Positions 27,750-38,418 of a DNA stretch of 64,000 nt are shown here, piece after piece. The position numbers were made by a program, and so were the translations under genes. The stretch lies in the NCBI RefSeq assembly GCF_000143415.4, contig NW_003314335.1:526113-590112 (forward strand), written 5' to 3'. The first letter of the stretch is position 1; every line of letters starts with the position of its first letter. Origin of the DNA: Selaginella moellendorffii (taxonomy: Eukaryota; Plantae; Lycopodiophyta). Under the pieces are notes generated by a model. That model had not been told where the DNA came from, searched no databases, and was given only the letters and a program-made list of their open reading frames with translations.

Positions 27750-30700
27750 GCATGGAGGAGTCCATGCATGATCACAGACATGTCAAGTGAGAGGACTTGG
27801 CAGTGTGGAGGAACTAGGTTCCTAAGCTGTGATCTGTAGCGCGCTTTAAAAATAAGTTGGTGCACCGGCGTGGGGAGTCACGCCAGGCATCTTGTGTGAT
27901 GCCGTCCATAGATGCATATACGGAGGTTGGGTTCGAGTCCCGACCCTCTAGTGCTTGGGTTCGAGTCCCAAATCACTAGGGCGTGGTGATGGTTTGGAAT
28001 ATGAGGACACTCATATTTCGGTGGTCATGGACTCTCAGTGGGGAGACTGGTTTGGGCACACCACCAAGCGAGGGATGCCTCGGAGTCGTGATGCACAGTT
28101 AGATTGCTTAGTGTGAAAGCTCGGCATATCTAACTTGAACGCTTTGATGCAAGTGGCACCAAGGACGTGGTGAGTGAGATGGGGACACCTAATCTCAGTT
28201 GCTATGGACCCTTGGCCGGAAGGGCTGGCTTGGGCGCACCGCCAAGTGTGGGGGATGCCCCCGGGGTCGTAGTTAACAAGTTAAAGGTCTGGAAGACCTA
28301 GTACCTATTGGCAAACCTGTTAAGGTGCCGAGGTGAGATCACTAGGTGATCTTGTGGCTAAATAAGGACAAGGTCCTTGTTTGGGTTAAGGAATAAGGTT
28401 CCTAGTTCAAAGTGTTGATTTGGACTATTGATGATGGTGTGGCTTGGTCAAGGTGACCAAGTGGGAAAAGAACCTTAGGGAAATGAGCTATGTCATTGCG
28501 ATGGCATAGTGTGTCCAAGGAAAGTAGTCTCTAAAGAGACCCATGAGAGGGTCACAAAGTTGGGCCGAGGATAGAGCCCACAGCAGAAGATGCTAAAAGA
28601 GACTTACTAGGGGTGAACACCCTAGTCTTGGCAAAGCAGAGCCTTTGCTATGGAATCAAAAGAAAACCTCAAGGAGGGAGGTAGAGATTCGATGTTGCTT
28701 GGTGCAACAATCAACGAATAGGAGCAAAAGATGAGTGGCCAAGATAGGGCCGTGGAATCCCTGGGAAGGAATCCAAGTGACAAAGTTAGGCGAGGAACAC
28801 TAATGTGTTGGACGCTAACAAATTGCGGGAAAGGAAGTGTGTTTCCAAGGATGGATTCCGAATTGCTCCGATTTGGCGAAAGTGGAAGCTCCAAGGGAGG
28901 GAGCGGTAAGGTAGCCAAATGATAGGGTGATGGACAACCCTAGCACAAAGTGTGATAAATGGAACTTAGTGCCCAAGGTGGCACGAAATAGAAGAGAGGA
29001 TGATGGTGCCCTCAAGTAATGAACTTCCTAGGATAGAGAAGTGGAGTTGCACAATCTGTGCAATGCAAGGTGTTGGAGACACCTAGGAAATTGACTTCCA
29101 AAAGTCAAAAGAGTAAAAGTTCCAAGGTGCAAACATTCAATAGATGGAAATTGAGACTACTCGAGAAGGAGTAGTGGGATTGACTTAGAGAAGGATCTCT
29201 AAGAGGTTTAGTGAGAACTAAACCAATAAAAGGAGAGAACCACTACATGTGGTCCAATCAGTCTCTAAGTTGGAGAGACTACCCTCCTTAGAGGATAGGC
29301 AAGGCATGGTGAGCCTTTGGTGTCAAACCATTGAGGCATATGCAAAAGGCATGGTGAGCCTTCAATGTCAAACCATTGACAAATATTGGCTAGGTGCCAA
29401 GGATGGAAATGGTAACACATGCGAGTGTTACTTTACAAAATGGTTTACTGTTCGATGAAGACATCAAACTTCGTCTATGGGTGGTGGAGTTGTGAGACAC
29501 AAAATCCCTAGGCCCCAAAGTGGAGCCGGAAAGGGTGCCATGTGGTAGTGGCTGAAGCGAGAGCCAAACGAGCGTAACACGTTTGGACCAAAAGCTCTGA
29601 CTTGAAAAGTCAAGAGCGGGAGTGGAACTCCCAAAGACGTGCTTGAGGAACGAGCACGAAGCGAGCAAAAAGCGAGGCTCCAAAAAGGGACCCAAAAGGA
29701 CCAACACATGACACGTGGAAGTGTCCGAGATGGACTCGAGTTGGAGTCTGAAGTGGAGTCCGAGATGGACTCAAGTTGGAGTCCGAGATGGACCCGAGTT
29801 GGAGTCCAAAGTGGAGTCCGAGATGGACCCGAGATGGAGTCCGAGGTGGACCCGAGATGGACCCGAAATGGAGTCCGAGATGGAGTCCGAGGTGGACCCG
29901 AGATGGACCCAAAATGGAGGCCGAGATGGAGTCCGAGATGGACCTGAGATGGAGTCCGAGATGGACCCGAAATGGAGTCCGAGGTGGACCCGAGATGGAC
30001 CCGAAATGGAGTCCGAGGTGGACCCGAGATGGACCCGAAATGGAGTCCGAGATGGAGTCCGAGATGGACCTGAGATGGAGTCTGAGATGGACCCGAGATG
30101 GAGTCCGAGATGGAGTCCGAGATGGAGTCCGAGATGGAGTCCGAAGTTGAGACCGAGACCGGGACCGAGACCCAGACCGAGATCGAGATCGGGACCGAGA
30201 ACGAGACCGAGGCCGAGGCCGAGACCGAGCCCGAGCCCGAGTCCGAGTCCGAGTCCGAGTTTGAGTCTGAGAGGGTGAAAGCCCAAAGCGTTCGTCTCCC
30301 AGACCCTGGGGGGTTTGGTGAGCTCCAAAAGTATAGTAGGGGGAGGACTGCAGTGGAGCCAGTTTGGCCAGGAAAGGCCAATTTGGCCCAGGAAGGCCGG
30401 ACCTAGTGTTGGGTGATGAGCTGCCCACTGGGAAGTCCAAGACTAGAGTGAACACAGACCGACAAGCGGGGTAGCTTGGTGAAGTGTTCAAGAGCCGGCT
30501 CTAGTTCCCCCAGGAGATCGACTGGCCGATGCTCCCAGTCCAAGTGTGGGTGGCACTACCTACTTGGATACCTGGTGTGGCTCAACGGAACCCGCTCTAA
30601 GCCCATGGCTAGAGCACCCAAGGGCAGAAGGCAAGGAGAGTACCCAGGTGGCTCGCGTAAGGCCACGGTGTTCCGAAATGTTGTCCCAAAGGCCCAGACT

Positions 30701-31535
30701 GTGGAAAGGAAGAGGAGCAGTCCTCTGGGGTAGTGACCAAGGACACAGTTGTGTGGTGAGGAAGTCCCAGAGGATTGTGGGACTTAGTGGTCGGGCCTGT
30801 GGGTCTCGATCCAGTGGCAGTGTTGGCAAACACGGCCAGGGGCAGAAAGGGACTTAGTGGGGACTGACAGAGGGATATTGGGGAAGGCTATTCCCCTTGT
30901 CGGTGGGCATCCTAAGGATGCTAAGGAGTGGATCTGAGATGACCACTCACGGAAGGTTTGCCTAGTCTTGGAGAGCCAAGACGGTGATGCAAGTGGTATT
31001 GGACTACCAGTGTAGCAAAGGTGATTGGGCATGGCCTTAGAGTAACGGGTTGCTATGTCGGTGGTACCTTTGAGTGTCGGTCACGGGATCGGACACGTGG
31101 AGCACTTGGACCAAGTGCAAATGTTGAGTGGCAGGGATGCCATTCTTGGGGCTAGCAAGTCCCAAGTCCTAGATTGGACTTATGGAGGTTGCAAATGAGA
31201 CTCCTCCAAGTGGTCAGAGGTGTGGTTAAGTGACTAAAGTAGAATGGAAAATTTAGTCGGCCCATTATGCTAAGGCCATGCCCATTCACCTTTGCCGCAC
31301 TGGTGGTCCAATACTACTTGCATCACAATCCCGTCTCTCCAAGACTAGGCTGTCCGTCCACGAGTGGTCATCCCAGATCCACTCTTTAGCATCCTTAGGA
31401 TGCCCACAGATATGGGGAATAGCCTTCCCAACATCCCTTTGTCAGTTCCTACCAAGTCCTTTTTCCGTCCATGGCCATGTTCCCCAACACTGCCACTAGA
31501 TCAAGGCCCATAGGCTTGGCCACTAAGTCCCATAG

Positions 31536-33042
31536 TGTAAGGAACCGACTTCTCGAGGTGTCGTAGGCTAAAGGATCCCCGAAAGCATGACCGAAATGAC
31601 AAAGAGTTCATCGGATGGGACTGAGTCGAAGATCGAGTCCAAGACCGACTCTGAGACCGAGTCCGAGGTAGAGTTCGGGATCGAGTCCGAGGCCAAATCG
31701 GAGACCGAGTTCGAGACCGAGTTCGAGATAGAGTCCGAGATCCAAATCGGGTCCGAGACCGAGTCCGAGGTCGAGTCCAAAGTCAAGTCCGAGATTGGGT
31801 CCGAGATTGAGTCCGAGACCGAGTCCGAAGTCGAGTCCGAGATCGAGTCCGAGATTGAATTCTAGACTAAGTCCAAATACTAATACGGGTCAAGGGGTGA
31901 AAGCCCAAAGCGTGCATCCTCTGGCGGGGGGGGGGGGGGGGTGCAGGGGGTTCCAAAAGTATAGTAGGGATAGCGAGGTTCAGGAACTAGTCTTGAAGGA
32001 ATTCTCCAGTGGTGCTTCCAAACTGACTTGAGGTTGAGACTGGGGCCGAGGGGCCTTGGGTGGGAGTGAGCATGGGCTTGGGTGGTGCCGGAGGGGCCAC
32101 CCAGGGAAGTGCTCAAGAGCAGCTCCCACTCCCGAAAGGGAAACCGACTGCGGTGCTCCCGGCTTATGTGGAGTGGTGCCCCACTTGAGTACCATGTGGC
32201 TCATTGGTCCTCGCCCTTCCTAGGGGCTTGGGCCTTCCCTTCGGGATGGAAGTGGGGGGTAGAGGTACCTATACCGGGCCGTTAGGCCACGGTGTTTCGC
32301 CCCGATGTCCCGAAGCAAGTGTTGCACCCAAGGCTTGGGATTTAGAGGGTCCCATGATTAAGTCTTGTTGTACCAAGGGGTGTTAAGAACCTGGAGGCTT
32401 GGTGTGCTTGGCTGCTTGTGCCTGTGGGGAGTGTAGCCGAACCTTAAATCTTTCAAACCCAAGGACGCTTAACCCCAAATATCCCAAGACCCTTAACCGA
32501 TTGGAAAAAGGGGTGCACTCTTATTCATGGGCCCTTTCCCTCTATATTTGAACCCCATGGACTGTCTCTCAAGTCGTTCTTTTTGGTTGTTTACAATCCA
32601 CCACGCTTCCCTGCAAGTTCACGCCCTCGTGAATGGAAGTTGAGAGCCGCAGCTCTCCCGAGAGCCTCGCTCTCTTGACACCCTACCCCTCGAGTCGAGC
32701 CCAGCAGGAGCAAACTGGACCAGCCAGATGTCAATCAACATGTGGTGTGATTCCCCTAGCCAAGCAACAAAGTCGGACCTGAGACCCCTTTGATACCAAA
32801 TGTAAGCTCCTGAGTTTGGACTTCCTGGGAGGTCACCCAGCCCAATACTACTCAAACCCAAGGACGCTTAACTCCAACTATCCCAAGACCCTTAATCGAT
32901 TGGAAAAGGGGGTGCACTCTTATGCATGGGCCCTTTCCCTCTATATTTGAACCTCATGGACCGTCTCTCAAGTCGTTCTCTTTGGTTGTTTACATAGACG
33001 AGGTAAGCTGGCAAATTGGAAAGGAAAAATTTGTGGCTTACA
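31536..33042 (+). mobile_element. Family B solo LTR inside the A1 5' LTR
   Basis: TGTAAGGAACC...GGCTTACA with near-TSD CATAG/CATAA; interrupted by a Cassandra element. Confidence 0.8.
32452..32994 (-). mobile_element. Cassandra TRIM
   Basis: LTR 32801-32994 contains GGACTTCCTGGGAGGTCACCCAGCCCAATACTACTCAAACCCAAGGACGCTTAACT, the reverse complement of the 5S rRNA A-box/IE/C-box region; Met PBS (TGATACCAAA on +) at 32791-32800; ~205-bp internal; second LTR 32452-32595 truncated. Confidence 0.92.
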
Positions 33043-34479
33043 CATAAGCCCGGCCACTAAGTCCCATTGTCCTCTAGGACTTCCTCACCATGTGACTGTA
33101 TCCATAGTCATTACATTAGAGGACTGCTCCTCCTCCTTTCCCTCATTTGGGACTTTGGGACAACATTTCAGAACATCGTGGCCCTACGCGAGCCTCGTGG
33201 GTACTCTCCCCACCTTCCGCCTTTAGGTGCTCTAGCCATGGGCTTAGAGCGAGGTTCTGTTGAGCCACACTAGATATCCAAGTAGGTAGTGCCACCCACA
33301 CTTGGACTAGGAGCATCGGTCAGTCGATCTCCTGGGGGAACTATAGCCGGCTCTTGAATACTCAACCAAGCTACCCCGCTTGTTAGTCCGTATTCACTCT
33401 AGTTTTGGACTTCCCAGTGGTTAGTTTATCACCCAACACTGGGTCTGGCCTTCCTGGGCCAAATTGGCCTTTCCTGGCCAAACTGGCTCCACTGCAGTCC
33501 TCCCTCTTACTATACTTTTGGAGCTTACCAAACCCCCCAGGGTTTGGGAGACGAACGCTTTGGGCTTTCACCTTCTCAGACTCGAACTCGGACTCGGACT
33601 TAGACTTGGACTCGGACTCGGACTCGGACTCGGACTCGGGCTCGGGCTTGGTCTCGGCCTCAGCCTCGGTCTCGGTCTCGGTCCCAGTCTTGGTCTCGAC
33701 CTCGGACTCCATCTCGGGTCCTTTTCGGACTCCATCTCAGACTCCATCTCGGTCCATCTCGGACTCCATCTTGGGTCCATCTCGGACTCCATCTCAGGTC
33801 CATCTCAGACTCCATCTCGGGTCCATCTCGGACTCCATCTCGGGTTCATCTCGGACTCCGTCTTGGTCCATCTTGGACTCCATCTTGGACTCCATCTCGG
33901 GTCCATTTCGGACTCCATCTTGGGTCCATTTCGGACTCTACCACGTGTCATGTGTTGGTCCTCTTGTGTCCCTTTTCTAGAGACTCACTTATTGCTTGCT
34001 TCATGCTTGTTCTTGGAGCACTTCATTGGGAGTTCCACTTCCGCCCTTGACTTTTCAAGTCGGAGCTTTTAGTCCAAACATGTTACGCTCATTTGGTTTT
34101 CACTTCGGCCACTACCACATGGCACCCTTCTAGCTCCACTTTGGGGCCTAGGGATTTTGTGTCTCACAAAAGGTAGGGCAATACAAGGCCAAAGATTCCT
34201 GCTTAAACCTAGTGTCCATGAGAGGACAACTCACGAAAGGGACCAAGGCAGCATTTTTGTGCTTACTCTCAGTGTTTATCACCCATAGACAGGTATTGGG
34301 TATGAAGTCAAGTTTGATGGCATTAACAATTTTTGATAGACAGACAAACGGAAAGGGTGCATAGGCAGCTTAAGGATTATTTGTGATGCTCTGTCTCGGG
34401 AGACCAGACTGATTGGGTAAGTCATTTCAGACTTGCGGAAATGTGTTATAACAACTTACCACATTCGAGTATCAGGGTG

Positions 34480-35190
34480 AGTCTATAGGAAATCATCAAT
34501 GGGCGAGCTATTGAAGCTCTTGTGGAACTCGGCGTGGCCGAGTATCATGGAGAGTTACCCGCAGTGGAGGCATTCACGGTGGAAAAACTCAATATCTGGA
34601 ATCTAGTGAGGGATTCCTTGGAACGGGCTCAACAAAGGCAAACCAAGTACGTGAACTAGAAGCGTCGGGATGTAGAGTTCCAAGCTGGGGAGAAGGTGTG
34701 GCTGAACACCAAAAACTTCAGGCTACCAAGTGGGATCAGCCGAAAGTTGACCCAAAGGTAAAAATGCATGTATTCTTGTAAATGAATTGATCTTGAGTTC
34801 CTTAAGCAGGTTCGTGGGGCCTTACGAGATTGAGGCACGAATCGGTAAAGTGGCTTACTGTCTCTGACTTCCTCGAGAGATGGAGAAGATGCACCTAGTG
34901 TTCCACGTGAACTTACTCAAGCCGTACTTTGAGGATCCGCTTCACAAGGACCACGTAAGACCTTTACCTGAGGTTATCCAAGGGGAAGAGGAATACAAAG
35001 TCGAGGCCATCCTCAATGCGCGCAAGAGCAAGTGACAAGGATGTGAGGTGAGAGAATTCCATGTGAAGTGGAAAGGATTTCCACACTGCAAAGCAACATG
35101 GGAACCGGAGGAGAACCTAGCGAACGCACAAGATCTAGTGGAGGAATTTCTGCAAGGCATAACTCTATGTACTTATGCAAAGTTCAATTA
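34480..35190 (+). pseudogene. Integrase C-terminus (GPY/F) plus chromodomain of element B
   Basis: FQAGEKVWL, RGPYEI, VFHVNLLKPY, then EEYKVEAILNAR...FHVKWKGFP...ATWEPEENL; RT, RNase H and the integrase core are absent between 14708 and ~34480. Confidence 0.85.
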
Positions 35191-36519
35191 AAATATCAAT
35201 TTGTGAAGTTGAGCAATGGCATATGTTGGGACCCGAAGGCGCGCCGAAGGTAAGCTAATTAGCATGGGTTAGCTAGGTCGACCAGGCGTAGAGAACTACG
35301 GCCAACTCCCCATAGGGATGTCAAATCCGTAAACGTATTCTACGGAGGTTGGGTTCAAGTCCCAACCCCCTAGTAAAGCAAGGCTGGGTTCAAGTCCCAA
35401 CCCCATACTAGGGCATGGTGGGGTGAGGGGTATAAAGACACCTATATTCCATTGTCATGGGCTCTTGGTTAGGGAGGCTAACTTAGGCGGGGGGATGCCT
35501 CTGGAGACATGATCAACAAGTCGTAGGATAAAATGAGACGTTCGATGTGGGCATCGAACTTTTTCTATGGGTGGTGGAGTTGTAAGGAACCAACTCCTCG
35601 AGGTGTCGTAGGCTAAAGGATCCCCGAAAGCTTGACCAAAATGACAAAGAGTTCATTGGATGGGACTAAGTCGGAGATCGAGTCCAAGACCGACTCTGAG
35701 ACCGAGTTCGAGATAGAGTCCGGGATCGAGTCCAAGGCCGAATTGGAGACCGAGTTCAAGACAGAGTCTGAGATCCGAATCGGGTCCGAGACCGAGTCCG
35801 AGTAGGGATAGTGAGGTCTAGGAACTAGTCTTGAAAGAACTCTCTAGTGGTGCTTCCAAACTGACTTGAGGTTGAAACTGGGGCCGAGGGGCTTTGGGTG
35901 GGAGTGAGCATGGACTCGGGTGGTGCCGGAGGGGCCACCCAAGGAAGTGCTCAAGAGCAGCTCCCACTCCCGAAAAAGAAACTGACTGCGGTGCTCTCGG
36001 CTCTTGTGGAGTGGTGCCCCACTTGAGTACCTTGTGGCTCATTGGTCCTCACCTTTCCTAGGGGCTTGTGCCTTCCCTTTGGGATGGAGGTGGGAGGGGT
36101 AGAGGTACCCATACCGGGCTGTTAGGCCATGGTGTTTTGCCACTGTGTCCCGAAGCAAGTGTTGCACCCAAGGCTTGGGATTTATAAGGTCCCATGATCA
36201 AGTATTGTTGTACCAAGGGTTGTTAAGAACCTGGAGGCTTGGTGTGCTTGGCTGGTTGTGCCTGCGGGGAGTGTAGCCAAACCTTAAGTCCAGTCTAACC
36301 TGGGGAGGGGGATTGGGAGAGATTTGGGAATCCGTGGATGGATGGCTAACGCTCCATTGCTTGTGCAGTGAGTAGCTGAAACCAAGTAGGACCAAGTAGG
36401 AGCTGGTACAATAGGTGGGAACCTTGGCAAGGGAACTTAGCAAAAGCCAAGGTAGTGTTGGTCGGATAAACGAGATAAGCTGGCAAATTGGAAAGGAAAA
36501 ATTTGTGGCTTACACCTGG

Positions 36520-38230
36520 TCAATACTATCCCATTGCATATATCAACTATACATTACAACCAAAAGAGGTGAACTACTCCACGATAGATAAGGAGTGTTT
36601 AGCAGTAGTTTGGGGTTTCAAGAAACTTCATGCATATTTACATGGTTTTCGGATGTTATTAGAAGGTGATCATGCTACAGTTACTTCATTATTGAAATGG
36701 AAGAACTTGGTTGGTTATACTGCTCGGTGGGTTTTGAAGCTTAAGATATATAATTTTGATATTGTTCATTGTCTAGGGAGTTTTATGGTTGATGTTGATG
36801 CTCTTTCTTGAGTTGTTCTTCCTTCTTCACTCTCTTATCATATTTCTAGCAAATTTGTTGTTCTTACATCTGTGGATTTTTTGGAAGAGGATTCCGTATT
36901 ATAAGGAGTTGTTGTATTTGACGTTTAGTGTCTATAAGGTGTAAAGAAAAATTTACCTTCTTTTGATGAGGTTCGTGAGGCTCAAATGATTAAACTGTGG
37001 ATTTGAAGACTTCGTGATGGGTATGAGAATCTTACATCATTTGTTAATGATTTGCCATTTCAACTTTTATATTCTCAATATCACCTTAAGGACAGTCTTT
37101 TTTATTTTCTGGGGATATATCTTGATGATTATTTACAGTTGGTGGTGCCTTCAATCTTTATTCCACACTTTTTCCACGTCTACCATGATTCTCTTATTTT
37201 AGGTGGGTATATAAGACATCGTCATATGACAGAGAAGTTGCATAGGTTTTTTTATTGGCCAGGGATGCAATGTGATATTATCTGATATGTGCATAGTTGC
37301 ATTTGGTGCCAAACTTATAATACTCCCCCTCGTGCTATGGAAGGACGGTTAGAGTCAATTGCAATTTATTGTCTATTTGAGTTAAATTTGATAGAACCTT
37401 TTCCACCATCGACAATGAGTATGAGTATTGGTTGGCAATGAGTATGTCATTATTTTTGTGACTACTTGATGCTAGGTGGAAGTCGGTGCTCTTTGTAGCG
37501 TGTCTGCAAAAGTTGTTGGATACTTCTTCCTCAATCAAGTAATGTTTTAGTATTCATATCCGGAGTGGATTCTTTCGGATAATGGTCCTACATTTATGGC
37601 TAAGGCATTTCACGTTTAATGTCTCGATTAGGGATATGTCACACTTTCACAAGTGCTTATCATCTATAGTCAGATGGTTTGGTGGAATGATTCATTTAGA
37701 CCTTCAAAGGGATGATCACGAAGTATGTGAACTTTCAACATTTGGATTAGGATGGTTATTTGTTGTCTCTTTGGTATGCGTATGTCACAAGGGTGCAGAG
37801 TTCTGTTGGTGCTTCACCATATAAACTCCTATATGGTCATGATCCAATACTGTCAATGTAGTTGGGTTTACCTTCATGATTGCCACAGGTTGCCGATACT
37901 AGGTCATGGGATTAGTATTTGATGAACATTCTTCCACTTGTCCAAGTAGAGTTTGCCGAAAACTTGGGCCATGTACAAGTGGGACAACAATAGCACTTCA
38001 ACTCCCATCATCATCCACCTACAGAGTATAAAATGGGATGATTTGGTGTTAGTTAGTTTTCCTATCTTACGATACGTGGTTTATCTAAGAGGCTCCTTGC
38101 TCAGTGGAATGGTCTATATTAGGTGTTGAGGCAAGTTGGACCACAAGTTTATAAGGTTTGGCATGACATTTAGTAAGCTGATCTTCTATAAATTGTGCAT
38201 GTACAGTAGCTGAAATATTTTGTACAAAGG
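36520..38230 (+). mobile_element. Old degenerate Ty3/gypsy pol, right part (RNase H, integrase)
   Basis: PIAYINYTLQPKEVNYSTIDKECLAVVWG continues the RNase H broken at 11924; integrase HHCC-region remnant H...GGY...KLHRFFYWPGM. Confidence 0.8.
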
Positions 38231-38324
38231 GATTAGAAACAATTAGCACCACCTACAGATCCATTGATGCTTCCTCCTGATGTTCCTCTAGATCCTGGCC
38301 TATCCACAAGAGAACCTTATAAAT

Positions 38325-38418
38325 TCGAAAGAATATTCGAAAAGACTAACCAATAGATAACTTTTGATACCCGTAGTCACATTCATGACACTCTCCCCCT
38401 TTTAGGGAAGATCAACAT
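38325..38418 (-). mobile_element. Fragment of family C element (PPT plus start of 3' LTR), copy C0
   Basis: Reverse complement reads ATGTTGATCTTCCCTAAAAGGGGGAGAG-TGTCATGAATGTGACTACGGGTATCAAAAGTT, matching 60624-60685. Confidence 0.75.

Larger units (their letters stand above)
21769..31259 (+). mobile_element. Family A copy A3, near full length and young
   Basis: 5' LTR 21769-23550, PBS TTTGGTATCGGAGC, PPT, 3' LTR 29491-31259 lacking its last ~6 bp; LTRs near-identical outside the repeat array; ~4.1 kb internal region with no long ORF. Confidence 0.9.
14709..34168 (-). mobile_element. Non-coding LTR element family 'A', copy A1 (outer)
   Basis: TSD AAAGG at 14704-14708 and 34169-34173; truncated 3' LTR 14709-~16140 and truncated 5' LTR ~31257-34168 of the same LTR subtype; internal 16140-18114 has no recognisable protein. 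Confidence 0.85.
11925..36514 (+). mobile_element. Chromovirus-type Ty3/gypsy element 'B' (internally deleted, hosts a 19.5-kb nest)
   Basis: LTRs 11925-12998 and 35581-36514 (TGTAAG...CTTACA); TSD CCTGG at 11920-11924 and 36515-36519; Met PBS TTTGGTATC at ~13000; PPT-like GGGTGGTGGAGT before the 3' LTR. Confidence 0.92.

Noticed and set aside
27926-27971. tRNA genes from GGTTCGAGTCC
   Set aside because: Only T-arm-like hairpins; no acceptor, D or anticodon arms seen
32818-32875. 5S rRNA gene
   Set aside because: Only the ~55-nt control region is present, embedded in Cassandra LTRs
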